From positions 46,271-110,270 of the forward strand of contig CAWDSI010000005.1 in the NCBI GenBank assembly GCA_963804915.1: 64,000 bases of DNA, written 5' to 3'. Shown here piece by piece: positions 39,705 to 49,554 of this stretch. How positions within the stretch are numbered: the stretch's first letter is position 1; each line of letters begins with the position of its first letter. The stretch is from an uncultured Acidobacteriota bacterium (GTDB taxonomy: Bacteria; Acidobacteriota; Thermoanaerobaculia; UBA5066; Gp7-AA6). The notes beneath the pieces are model-generated. The model worked only from the letters and a program-made list of their open reading frames with translations. It was not told where the DNA came from and made no database searches. Both the position numbers and the translations under genes were made by a program.

Positions 39705-39785
39705 GTGATCGACCTTCACCTCCACCGCCGCCCGGGCTTCGACGACGGTCCGAGCGGCTTCGAGACGTCCCCGACAGAACGATGA
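39705..39785 (+). pseudogene. 26-aa N-terminal stub of a CpsB/CapC-type PHP tyrosine phosphatase
   Basis: VIDLHLHRRPGFDDGP matches the family start MIDxHxHILPGxDDG; sits directly after wzc; stop overlaps the next ATG. Confidence 0.75.
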
Positions 39786-40534
39786 GCACGCTCGCGGCTC
39801 CCGCCTCGCGAAGCCTCCGGGCAGGTCCCCGGTGGATGGCGACCATCGCCTGCGTCCTCCTCCTCGGACTCTGCGCTGCCGGGATGGTTCAGGAGGTTCA
39901 GGGACGCCGGCGGGTCGCTTCGATCGCCGAGGAGCAGCAAATCGAGCGACTTTCCCCCGCGGTCGCTGAGACGCTGAGCCTGGTGGAAGGAAACGACGAG
40001 GCCGCACTGCTCGTCGCGGAAGCCGTCGTTGGTCGGCCCGCGGTTGCGGGCGGAGCTTCCTCGGCTCCCGCGGCTCTCTGGCTGGTCCTCCGGGGACTTT
40101 CCGGCCGGCCGGGATCGGCCTACGGACGTCTCCTTCTGGGACGTTCGGCCGCCATCCAGGGAGACGCCAGCCAATGGGTGCGGCCGCTCGAGCTGGCCGT
40201 CGTGGCCGCCCCCGGGCTGGATTTCGCCTCGGAGGAGCTCGGTCGCCGGTATCTGGTCCGCTGGGGCGCCCTGACTCCCGAGCAGCGACGGGCAGGGCAG
40301 GAGAGCCTGCGCCGCGCCTTTCGAAACGAGTCCTTCCTGCGGGCGGCGTGGGCGACCGCCCTCGCGACCCTCGGTCCGGAGGCCGCGCTGGGGGCTCTGC
40401 CCGACGACGCCCCGACGCTGCGGTTGGCGGAGCAGCTGGCCCGGGACGCTGGAGACCGGGCGGCGGCCGACCTGATCGCCGCCCGCCTCAAAGCCGTTTC
40501 TGACTCGCCTCCGGCCAGCCGTCCGAGCCCCTGA
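39782..40534 (+). CDS. Hypothetical membrane-anchored helical protein, 250 aa
   Basis: N-terminal hydrophobic segment and Ala/Leu-rich helices; fills the gap in operon orientation. Confidence 0.6.
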   Translation: MSTLAAPASRSLRAGPRWMATIACVLLLGLCAAGMVQEVQGRRRVASIAEEQQIERLSPAVAETLSLVEGNDEAALLVAEAVVGRPAVAGGASSAPAALWLVLRGLSGRPGSAYGRLLLGRSAAIQGDASQWVRPLELAVVAAPGLDFASEELGRRYLVRWGALTPEQRRAGQESLRRAFRNESFLRAAWATALATLGPEAALGALPDDAPTLRLAEQLARDAGDRAAADLIAARLKAVSDSPPASRPSP

Positions 40535-40551
40535 TCGCCCGAACAGGCGCG

Positions 40552-40609
40552 TGTTATACTCCCCGCTCAAACAAAAAAGCCTCGTAACTACAGCGAGATA
40601 GCTGTAGTT
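40552..40609 (+). promoter_or_regulatory. Extended -10 promoter and leader hairpin upstream of the NusG paralogue
   Basis: TGTTATACT (TGn-TATACT) followed by AACTACAGC-GAGATA-GCTGTAGTT (40586-40609). Confidence 0.55.
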
Positions 40610-40630
40610 TGCGGCGGAGGGGGCTGGGAC

Positions 40631-41218
40631 GTGCCTCTGTTGAGACGAGGCCCTGAGGTTTTTCCTCAGAGCCTCTTCGACTTGTCGTCGGCCGAATTCC
40701 CCTGGATGGTCGCCCAGACGCGGAGCCGCCAGGAAAAGGCGCTCGTCCGCAACCTCGAGCCCCTCCGCGTCCCGTTCTATCTCCCGCAGCACGAGCGGCA
40801 TGCGGCCCGCTCCGGCCGCCGATTCGTCTCGTTCATCCCCCTGTTTCCGGGGTACGTGTTTCTGCGGGCGGATCCCGGCGCCCGGACCGCCGCGCTCCGG
40901 AGCGGCCTGGTCGTCCGGCTGCTCGAGGTCCGGGATCAGGAGCTCCTCCACGCGGAGCTGCGCCAGCTCCGAAAGCTCCAGCAGACCGGCGCTCGCCTGG
41001 TGCCCTATGCCCCCCTCGTCGAGGGAGATCTCGTGACGATCGCGGAGGGTCCGTTCCGGGGTTACCGGGGGCGCGTCCTGCGCGAGCAGTCCTCGTCGCG
41101 GCTGATCGTCTCGGTTTCCATGCTTCGCCAGAGTGTCGCCGTCGAGTTTGACCGGTCCTCTCTCAACCGGGTATCCGGGGACGCGAGGACCGTTGCGGAA
41201 CAGAGCGCCGTCGCCTAG
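40631..41218 (+). CDS. NusG paralogue (RfaH/UpxY/LoaP-like transcription antitermination factor)
   Basis: WMVAQTRSRQEK, PLFPGYVF (NGN domain), GDLVTIAEGPFRGYRG (KOW domain). Confidence 0.93.
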   Translation: MPLLRRGPEVFPQSLFDLSSAEFPWMVAQTRSRQEKALVRNLEPLRVPFYLPQHERHAARSGRRFVSFIPLFPGYVFLRADPGARTAALRSGLVVRLLEVRDQELLHAELRQLRKLQQTGARLVPYAPLVEGDLVTIAEGPFRGYRGRVLREQSSSRLIVSVSMLRQSVAVEFDRSSLNRVSGDARTVAEQSAVA

Positions 41219-41320
41219 GCACGCCGACAGCGGCGTCGTAAAGGGAGTTTTCACGTCGGTGGTGTACACCGAAGGGGGCGAAGCCCGGACGACGGGCCGC
41301 CCGGAGAGGAACCGAAGCGG

Positions 41321-42653
41321 GTGACCGAACCGATAGCGCACTCAGAGAGCCTCCAGAGACGGTTCGACGACCAGTCGGCGGTCATCGGCATCGCCGGCCT
41401 CGGTTACGTGGGCCTGCCCCTGGCGCTGACATTCACGGAGAAGGGCTTCCGCGTTCTGGGGTTCGACATCGACGGTTCCAAGGTCGAGTCGTTGAACGCC
41501 GGGCGCAACTACATTCAGCACCTCGACGGGAAGCGGCTATCCACGGCGGTCGCGGAGAAGCGTTTCGAGGCGACGACCGATTTCGGCCGGCTCCACGAGC
41601 CCGACGCCTTGATCATCTGCGTGCCGACCCCGCTGACGGCCCAGCGCGAGCCGGACATGAGCTACGTCGTGAACACGGTCCGGTTGATTCGTGCCCGGCT
41701 GAGGCCGGGACAGCTGGTCGTCCTCGAGTCCACGACGTACCCGGGCACGACCGACGAGCTGGTGCGGGGAATCCTCGAGGAGTCCGGCTTGAAGTGCGGG
41801 AGCGACTTCTACCTGGCCTTCTCGCCCGAGCGCGAGGACCCCGGTAACAGAAAGTTCAACACGGCGACGATCCCGAAGATCGTCGGGGGCGTCGACGAGA
41901 CCGCCGGCGATCTCGCCCAGAGTCTGTACGACAAGGTCGTGGTGCGGACGGTCCGCGTCGGGAGCGCGCGCGAAGCCGAGGCGGCCAAGCTCGTCGAGAA
42001 CATCTTTCGCGCCGTCAACATCGCCCTCGTCAACGAGCTCAAGATCGTCTTCGACCGGATGGGCATCGACATCTGGAACGTGCTCGACGCCGCCTCGACG
42101 AAACCGTTCGGCTTCATGCGGTTCAACCCCGGACCGGGCTGGGGCGGCCATTGCATTCCCGCTCGACCCTTTCTATCTCTCCTGGAAGGCCCGGGAGTAC
42201 GGCGTGACGCCGAAGTTCATCGAGCTCGCCGGCGAGGTCAATGTCCAGATGCCGGAGTACGTGATCACCAAGCTGAGCCTGGCCCTCAACGACCGCCGGA
42301 AAGCGATGCGAGGCAGCCGGATCCTCGTCCTCGGGATCGCCTACAAAAAGGACATCGACGACCCGCGCGAGAGCCCGGCCTTCGAGATCATCGAGAGCCT
42401 CCTCCACCTGGGGGCCGAGGTGACCTACCACGACCCGCACGTCCCGAAGGCTCCGCGAATGCGCTCCTGGCCCGACTTGCCGCCGATGACGTCCTCGCCC
42501 CTGACGGAGGAGGTCCTGCGGTCGCAGGACGCCGTCGTCATCGTCACAGATCATTCCGCCGTCGACTACGAGGCCGTCGTCCGCCACGCCGGTCTGGTCG
42601 TCGACACCCGCGGTGTATATCGGGCGCCGCGCCCCAACGTCGTCAAGGCATGA
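41321..42653 (+). CDS. Nucleotide-sugar dehydrogenase (UDP-GlcNAc 6-dehydrogenase WbpA/WecC-like), apparent frameshift near 42159
   Basis: [41 protein letters not shown] then [20 protein letters not shown]. Confidence 0.92.
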
Positions 42654-42694
42654 TTCCCGCATTAGTCGCCGGGGCCCCCGGGAGAATTCGATGA
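42650..42694 (+). other. 14-aa linker [17 protein letters not shown], possible SDR N-terminal remnant
   Basis: ATGA overlaps at both ends; LVAGAPG resembles LVTGAAG. Confidence 0.4.
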
Positions 42695-43651
42695 GACAAG
42701 GACAACTCGTGCTCGTGACCGGCGCCGCCGGCTTCATCGGGTCGCATCTGGTGGACGCGCTCCTGGCCCGGGGAGCCCGGGTCCGGGGAATCGACGACTT
42801 TTCCAACGGAAAGCGGTCGAACCTTGCGCACTGCGCGGACCGGATCGAGCTTCTCGAGGCGGACATTCGCGACGCCGAGGCTTGCCGCAGGGCGTGCGCC
42901 GGAGCCGCCGTCGTCTTTCACCAGGCGGCCCTCGGTTCGGTGCCGCGGTCGATGAAGGACCCGGCGACCAGCGATCGCCGTCAACGTGGCCGGGACCGCC
43001 AACGTCTTCGCCGCGGCGCGCGATGCCGGAGTCCGGAGAGTCGTCTATGCCTCCTCCTCCAGCGTCTACGGCGACAGCACGCGGCTGCCCAAGAAGGAAG
43101 GGGAGGAGGGCCAGCCGCTCTCGCCCTACGCGCTCTCGAAGGCCATGAACGAAGAGCTCGCCGGCGTCTTCGCCCGTTGCTACGGCATGGAGCTCGTCGG
43201 GTTGCGCTACTTCAACGTCTTCGGCCCGCGGCAGGATCCGGACGGGCCTTATGCCGCGGTCATCCCGCGCTTCTTTCGGGCGTACCTGGCCGGCGAGGCC
43301 CCGGTCATCTATGGCGACGGCACGCAGAGCCGGGATTTCACTTATGTCTCCGACGCGGTGGATGCGAACCTGCGGGCGGCGGACGCCGACGCGACAGCCG
43401 CCGGCCAGGTCTACAACGTCGCGGGAGGACAGGTGATCTCGGTCAACGAGCTCGCGGCGGCGGTCGGGGACGCGGTCGGCGGCGGACAGGCGCCGCGCTA
43501 CGAAGCGCCACGGGCCGGCGACGTCATGCACTCGGCGGCGAGCCTCGAGCTCGCCGGGAAATGGCTGGGCTACCGTCCCGCGGTGGGCATCGCCGAGGGC
43601 CTGGCGAGATCCCTGGACTACTACCGTTCTCTGGTGGAGGCCGGCGTATGA
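42691..43651 (+). CDS. NAD-dependent epimerase (WbpP/TviC-like UDP-HexNAc 4-epimerase), apparent frameshift near 42972
   Basis: [56 protein letters not shown]. Confidence 0.92.
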
Positions 43652-44955
43652 CGAAGGGCAGCGTGGCGGTCCGCGTTCGGGAGCTCTCCAAGGAGTACCG
43701 GATCGGTCACCGCATCGAGCGCTACAAGACTCTGCGCGAGTCGCTCGCCTCCCTGGTCAGTGCTCCGGCCCGGCTCCTGCGTCGCCGTCGGCGTTCCGAT
43801 GAGGGCGACGATTTGCTCTGGGCGCTGCGCGACGTCAACTTCGAAGTCCGCCAGGGCGAGGTGGTCGGAATCGTCGGCCGCAACGGAGCGGGGAAGAGCA
43901 CGCTGCTGAAGATCCTGGCCCGGATCACGGATCCGACGCACGGCACCGCCGAGATCCACGGACGCGTGGGCTCGCTCCTGGAAGTCGGCACGGGATTCCA
44001 TCCCGAGCTCACCGGACGCGAAAACATTTACCTCAACGGCGCGATCCTCGGCATGCGCCGGGCCGAGATCGGCCGGAAATTCGACGAGATCGTCGCTTTT
44101 TCGGAGGTCGAAAAGTTCATTGACACTCCGGTCAAGCGCTACTCGAGCGGCATGTACCTGAGGCTCGCGTTCGCCGTCGCGGCGCATCTGGAGCCGGAGA
44201 TCCTGCTCGTCGACGAGGTCCTCGCGGTCGGCGATGCCGATTTCCAGAAGAAGTGCCTCGGCAAGATGGGAGACGTCGCCGAGGAAGGCCGCACCGTGCT
44301 TTTCGTCAGCCACAACATGCCGGCCGTGCAGGCCCTGTGCGCGCGGGCGATCCTCCTGCGCGCGGGCACCGTCGCGGTCGACGGTTCGACCGGAGAAGTC
44401 CTGAGGGAGTACCTGGGGCACCTGCTCGCGACCGCCGCCCACGCCTTCGAGGACAATCCCGACCGACGGGGAGACGGAAGCGTGCGGTTGACGGCGGCTC
44501 GTGTGCTCGACGAGGAGGGCCGGCCGTGCGAGCGGGTCGTCGCCGGAAAGCCGATCACGCTCGAGTTCTCCTACGAGAACCCGATCGGCGCGGAGCGGTT
44601 CGATTTCGCGCTCGCGATCGTAAATCATCTCAATATCGGCGTGGCACACATGAGCACTCCGATCGCAGGCTTCTCCATCGTGGCCGGTGCAGAGGGCGTG
44701 GTCACGTGCCGGATCCCGACCCTGCCCCTGCCTCAGGGTGAGTATCGTGTCGTCACGAACTTGAGATACCAGGGCCAGCAAACGGACCACATTCCCAACG
44801 CGTTGGCTTTCAGCGTCGAGAGCTCGGTCTTTTTCAAGACAGGGCGCGTGCCCAAGATCGAGTACGGCGCGGCCCTCTTCGCGCACGAATGGGGACATCA
44901 AGCCGGGCAAGTGGCTTTGACGGACGGTGCGGTCAACGTCCGGATGCCGGGGTAA
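43648..44955 (+). CDS. Polysaccharide ABC exporter ATP-binding protein (Wzt-like) with C-terminal domain
   Basis: [41 protein letters not shown]; start MTKGSV at 43648. Confidence 0.93.
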   Translation: MTKGSVAVRVRELSKEYRIGHRIERYKTLRESLASLVSAPARLLRRRRRSDEGDDLLWALRDVNFEVRQGEVVGIVGRNGAGKSTLLKILARITDPTHGTAEIHGRVGSLLEVGTGFHPELTGRENIYLNGAILGMRRAEIGRKFDEIVAFSEVEKFIDTPVKRYSSGMYLRLAFAVAAHLEPEILLVDEVLAVGDADFQKKCLGKMGDVAEEGRTVLFVSHNMPAVQALCARAILLRAGTVAVDGSTGEVLREYLGHLLATAAHAFEDNPDRRGDGSVRLTAARVLDEEGRPCERVVAGKPITLEFSYENPIGAERFDFALAIVNHLNIGVAHMSTPIAGFSIVAGAEGVVTCRIPTLPLPQGEYRVVTNLRYQGQQTDHIPNALAFSVESSVFFKTGRVPKIEYGAALFAHEWGHQAGQVALTDGAVNVRMPG

Positions 44956-45032
44956 GGGATTCGACGATTGCGAGAGCGGGTCCGGATGCCGAAGGGCGGT
45001 CTCGTCGGCCGGTTCTTCAACGACGGTCGAGC

Positions 45033-46358
45033 GTGAAGATCCTGGTGTACAGCGGCAGTTATGCCCTCAACAACCTGGGTGACGTTGCGATGCTCCAGGT
45101 GGCCGTGTCGCGTCTTCGGGCTTCCTGGCCGGAGGCCGATGTGCACGTCCTGACGTCCTCGCCCGAGCTGCTATCGCGTCATTGTCCGGGTGCGATCCCG
45201 GTGCCCTCGAATGGTCTGCGTAAATGGTTGGAGTGGAGTCGCGTGCCGGGCCGCGCCCGGGTACCCCGCGCCGTGTCCCGCCGCCTCGCGAGAAACGATG
45301 CGAGATTCCGGGATCATCTTCCCGCCGTCAGTGACGGCCTGGCGTTGCGGTGGGGCCGGATTCATCCGAGCGATCACGCCGACGTCGAGGCCTTTCTCGG
45401 AGTGGTCAACGCGGCCAACTTCCTCGTCCTTGGCGGCGGCGGGTACATCACGGATTTGTTTCGAGGGCAGGCCCGGTCTTCCCTCGAGCTCCTGAGCCGC
45501 TTCCAGCGGCGACAAGTTCCGACCGCGATGCTCGGGCAGGGGATTGGACCTCTTTCCCACCCGGTCCTTCTCTCGCGCGCACGAGAGGTCTTCCCGCGTG
45601 TCGGCGTCATCGGCGTTCGGGAGGGTCTTTCGACGTTGCCGTTTCTCGCGTCGATCGGTGTGGTCCGGAAGCAAATTCGAGTGACCGGAGATGATGCGAT
45701 CGAGCCGGCGTTCGCGGTCCGTCCCGAGCGGCTCGGCGCGTTCCTCGGCGTGAACGTTCGGGTTTCGAGTTACTCCAACGTGGGCGTCGGCGCTCTGGAG
45801 GACGTCCGTCGGGCGCTGCGGAACGCGGCGGAGGCCGTGGGAGCGGCTTTTCGGCCGGTCCCCATTTCGACGGCGGCCGGAGATTCGGACGTGCAGTCCC
45901 TCCGTGAGCTCCTGCCCGACGCGTTCGCGTCCGATGCCCCGGAGAACGTCGACACTCCCCTTGCCCTGATGCACCGGGTTGGCGAATGCCGGGTCGTCGT
46001 GACGGGGAGCTACCATGCCGGGGTTTTCGCACTGGCGCAGGGAATACCCGTGGTCGGCCTGACGCGCTCTTCCTACTACACCGACAAGTTTCGCGGTCTG
46101 GAGGATCAATTCGGCGGCGGCTGTCGCGTCGTGTCTCTCGACCAGCCGGCAATCGTCGAGGTCCTATCGGCCTCGGTCCAGGATCTCTGGCGGGAAGCCG
46201 ACGAGCGCCGGCCCGCGTTGCTCAGCGCGGCGGCCCGGCAGATCCAGGAAAGCCAGGCGGCCTACGCGAGCCTTCGGTCTCTCGTCGATGTCCGTCCACC
46301 CGCCGGCGCGACGCTGTCCGCCCTCGCCGGGAGAGTCGTTGATGAGCCGCACTCCTGA
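45033..46358 (+). CDS. Polysaccharide pyruvyl transferase family protein
   Basis: NNLGDVAML, LGGGGYITD, GQGIGP, VREGLS, GSYHAGVFALAQGIP. Confidence 0.85.
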   Translation: MKILVYSGSYALNNLGDVAMLQVAVSRLRASWPEADVHVLTSSPELLSRHCPGAIPVPSNGLRKWLEWSRVPGRARVPRAVSRRLARNDARFRDHLPAVSDGLALRWGRIHPSDHADVEAFLGVVNAANFLVLGGGGYITDLFRGQARSSLELLSRFQRRQVPTAMLGQGIGPLSHPVLLSRAREVFPRVGVIGVREGLSTLPFLASIGVVRKQIRVTGDDAIEPAFAVRPERLGAFLGVNVRVSSYSNVGVGALEDVRRALRNAAEAVGAAFRPVPISTAAGDSDVQSLRELLPDAFASDAPENVDTPLALMHRVGECRVVVTGSYHAGVFALAQGIPVVGLTRSSYYTDKFRGLEDQFGGGCRVVSLDQPAIVEVLSASVQDLWREADERRPALLSAAARQIQESQAAYASLRSLVDVRPPAGATLSALAGRVVDEPHS

Positions 46359-47448
46359 ACGGCTCGATCCGCCGAGGGTGACCGTCCTGATGGCGGTCTA
46401 CAACGGGCAGGATCATGTCCGGCAGGCGGTCGAGGGGATCCTGGCTCAGACGTTTTCCGACTTCGAATTCATCATCGTCGACGATGGCTCCACGGACGAA
46501 ACGTCTCGAGAGCTCGACGCGTTCACGGACTCGCGAATCGTGAGACTGAAGCACGAGAGCAACCGCGGTCTCATTGCCGCCTTGAACACCGGGCTCGCAG
46601 CGGCTCGCGGGGAATTCGTCGCCCGCCAGGACGCCGACGATTTTTCCTATCCCGGGCGCCTGCAGGCTCAGGTGAACTTTCTCGAGGCGCGAAGCGATGT
46701 GGCCGTCGTCGGAACGGACACCGTGTTCGAAGGCTGGGAGGGTGGGGGCCGCACGAACCGGATCGTGGAGCGAGATCCCTTGCGGCTCGCCTGGATCCTC
46801 CTGTTCTACTGCCCCCTGACCCATTCCTCCATCATGTTTCGCACAGCCGTGATCCAGGAGGTCGGCGGGTACAACGGGGACGACGTCCATGCCGAGGACT
46901 TCGGACTCTGGGCGAGGGCCGCGCGATCGAGCCGGGTCGCGACTGTGACCGGCACGCACGTCCTCCGACGGCGCCCCCCGGGAAGCATCACGGAGCGATG
47001 GAGCGTGGAGATGGGGAGGGCGGCGCGGAGAGTCAGTCTGCAGAACCTGCGCTGGGTTTTAGGGACGACGGCATCCACCGCCTCGCTCGACACCCTCGAG
47101 GCGCTGTTCGGGAATCGTTTTCTCGGCTTGGCGGACGCCGCGCGTCTCGATATGCCGGCGCTCCGGTCGAGCATCTCTCAACTTTTGAACGCCTTCTCCG
47201 CCAGATTCGGTTTAGAACAGGATGGCTTCGGATTCCGGCGGTGGGCATGTCAGTGGATGAGCGCAGCGCTTCTTCGCAAAAGCCAGAGGCTACTGCGAGA
47301 GAGCGCGACTCGCTCCGGGGGAGACCGGGCGCTCGGCCTTCGAACGGCACGGACCCTGATCGTCAATGCGATCAAGCTGAGCCCGGCGGTGATCGCCAGT
47401 CGGACGGGAGCGGCGGCGGCTCTTCGGGCCATGTTGAGCCACGCATGA
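46342..47448 (+). CDS. Glycosyltransferase family 2
   Basis: VTVLMAVYN, IIVDDGSTD, NRGLIAALN, ARQDADD, AEDFGLW. Confidence 0.93.
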   Translation: MSRTPERLDPPRVTVLMAVYNGQDHVRQAVEGILAQTFSDFEFIIVDDGSTDETSRELDAFTDSRIVRLKHESNRGLIAALNTGLAAARGEFVARQDADDFSYPGRLQAQVNFLEARSDVAVVGTDTVFEGWEGGGRTNRIVERDPLRLAWILLFYCPLTHSSIMFRTAVIQEVGGYNGDDVHAEDFGLWARAARSSRVATVTGTHVLRRRPPGSITERWSVEMGRAARRVSLQNLRWVLGTTASTASLDTLEALFGNRFLGLADAARLDMPALRSSISQLLNAFSARFGLEQDGFGFRRWACQWMSAALLRKSQRLLRESATRSGGDRALGLRTARTLIVNAIKLSPAVIASRTGAAAALRAMLSHA

Positions 47449-47468
47449 ATTCCATCGTGGTGCCATGA
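47445..47468 (+). other. 7-aa linker ORF MNSIVVP
   Basis: ATGA overlap with both the upstream stop and the downstream start. Confidence 0.35.
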
Positions 47469-48712
47469 GCCCGACTTCGCAGAAGTCCCCCGAACCGGCG
47501 CGCTTCGGCGGAGTGGCGCGGCCGCACGTGGTCCACGTCGTCGGGACGCTTGGCGCCGGAGGCGTGCAGCGTCTGGTGCTCGGGCTGGCGACCTCCAAGG
47601 CCCTGTCCGGGTATCGCCACAGCGTCCTCTGCATGCTGGGGGCGACCGGCAATCTTCGCTCGCACTTCGAGAGCCTGCCGATGCGCATCGAGTCCTGTTC
47701 GGTCAAATGGCCGTCGATTTTCCCGATCGGCTCTTACACGGTGTCCGAATGGCTGCGGCAGCGGCTGTCGTTCACCTTTCCTGGGCGGCTGGCCGAGCTC
47801 CTCCGCCAGATGGAAGCCGATCTCGTCCATACGCACCTGTCGGTGGACGTGAGCCGCCAGGCGAACGGGGTCGTCCGTCGCGCCCGCCTGCCCTGGGTCT
47901 GGACCATTCACAGCGATCATCGCCCCGAGGGCGGGCAGCTGGAGGACTGGCTCCTGGCGTCGCGGCTCGCGTCGGCCGGGAATGCGAGGATCACGGCGGT
48001 CGCCGACGAAATCGTGCGCGATCTCCGGTCGCGCGGCTTTTCGAGGGTCGAGACGAGCCGCGGAGGCATCGACCTCTCGCGCTTCCTCGTTGCCTCCACG
48101 AAGGACCCGCAGTGGCGCGAGAGACTCGGGATTCCCGCCGGCGCGGTCGTGGTCGGGGCCGCGGGACGTCTCACAGCGCTGAAGGCCTACGATGTTCTGC
48201 TCGACGCGGCGGCGAGGATCACCGATGCTCCCGCGCTCCATGTCGTCCTCGCGGGCGGCGGTCCGGAACGGAAGCCTCTGGAAGCGCAAGCGCGCCGGCT
48301 CGGCATCCAGGACCGTGTCCACCTGCTGGGTTTCCTCGACGACGTGCCGCGCTTCCTCCACCAGCTGGATGTCTTCGTGATTCCGTCGCGTCTGGAAGGG
48401 TTCCCGATCGCGCTTCTCGAAGCGCTCGCGTCCGGCCTTCCCTGCATCGCGTCCCCCGTCGGCGGCGTCCTCGAGATGCTCGGCGAAAAGGGCGGGATCC
48501 TCGTGACCCCGGAGTCGGTGGACGAACTCGCCGAGGCGCTTCGCCGAGTGCGGTCGCCGGAGGTGCGGCAGGCCTACGCGTCCGGGGGAGCCGCCATCTC
48601 GAGGAACTTCTCGCTCGACCGCATGGCGGAACAGTTCGCCGAGATCTACGAGAATCTTTGGAGCGCGGACCAGGCTGGCGCGCCGTCCCAACGAAAGGTG
48701 AGCGAACAATGA
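47465..48712 (+). CDS. Glycosyltransferase family 4
   Basis: GGVQRLV, GRLTALKAYD, PSRLEGFPIALLEALASGLP. Confidence 0.92.
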   Translation: MSPTSQKSPEPARFGGVARPHVVHVVGTLGAGGVQRLVLGLATSKALSGYRHSVLCMLGATGNLRSHFESLPMRIESCSVKWPSIFPIGSYTVSEWLRQRLSFTFPGRLAELLRQMEADLVHTHLSVDVSRQANGVVRRARLPWVWTIHSDHRPEGGQLEDWLLASRLASAGNARITAVADEIVRDLRSRGFSRVETSRGGIDLSRFLVASTKDPQWRERLGIPAGAVVVGAAGRLTALKAYDVLLDAAARITDAPALHVVLAGGGPERKPLEAQARRLGIQDRVHLLGFLDDVPRFLHQLDVFVIPSRLEGFPIALLEALASGLPCIASPVGGVLEMLGEKGGILVTPESVDELAEALRRVRSPEVRQAYASGGAAISRNFSLDRMAEQFAEIYENLWSADQAGAPSQRKVSEQ

Positions 48713-49554
48713 GCTCTTCCATGGAACAAGTCGACATCCCGACGATCCTCATCCGGCCGAGCCGGGGCTGGATCGCCCTGAAGCTCGGAGACATCTGGGA
48801 GTATCGCGAGCTCCTCTACTTCCTCGTCTGGCGCGACATCAAAGTGCGCTACAAGCAGACGGCCCTGGGCGCCACGTGGGCCATCCTCCAGCCGTTCTTC
48901 TCGATGATCGTGTTCAGCCTCGTCTTCGGGAAGCTGGCGAAGATGCCCTCCGACGGGATCCCGTATCCAATTTTCTCGTACGCCGCCCTCGTGCCGTGGA
49001 CCTACTTCGCCGGCGCGCTCTCCCAGTCCGCGAACGGCCTGGTCGACAGCGCGAACCTGATAAAGAAGGTGTACTTCCCACGCCTGACCATTCCCATCGC
49101 AAACTCACTGGTGGGACTCGTCGACTTCGCCATCGCATTTGTCGTCCTGCTGGGACTGATGTTCTGGTACGGCGTCACGCCGACGTGGCGAGTCATCTGG
49201 CTCCCGGCCTTCCTGCTGCTGGCCCTCGTCACCGCCCTGGCGGTCGGGCTCTGGCTCTCGGTGCTGAACGTCGAATACCGTGACGTGAAGTACACGATCC
49301 CGTTTCTGACGCAGTTCTGGATGTACGCCACGCCGATCGTCTACCCGAGCAGCCTCCTGAAGGAACCCTGGCGCACGGTCTACGGACTGAACCCGATGGT
49401 CGGCGTCGTGGAAGGATTCCGCTGGGCGCTTCTCAATACGAAGACCGCCCCCGGTCCGATGATCGCGGTCTCCGCGGCCGCATCCGTCGTCCTGCTGGTC
49501 GGGGGCGCGTTCTACTTCCGCCGGATGGAGAAGACGTTTGCCGACGTCGTCTGA
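48709..49554 (+). CDS. Polysaccharide ABC exporter permease (Wzm-like)
   Basis: RELLYFLVWRDIKVRYKQTALG, IKKVYFPR, TPIVYP, LNPMVGVVEGFR, EKTFADVV. Confidence 0.95.
   Translation: MSSSMEQVDIPTILIRPSRGWIALKLGDIWEYRELLYFLVWRDIKVRYKQTALGATWAILQPFFSMIVFSLVFGKLAKMPSDGIPYPIFSYAALVPWTYFAGALSQSANGLVDSANLIKKVYFPRLTIPIANSLVGLVDFAIAFVVLLGLMFWYGVTPTWRVIWLPAFLLLALVTALAVGLWLSVLNVEYRDVKYTIPFLTQFWMYATPIVYPSSLLKEPWRTVYGLNPMVGVVEGFRWALLNTKTAPGPMIAVSAAASVVLLVGGAFYFRRMEKTFADVV

Noticed and set aside
42613-44955. 780-aa apparent epimerase-Wzt fusion
   Set aside because: Artefact of the frameshift near 42972; Wzt starts at 43648 overlapping the epimerase stop
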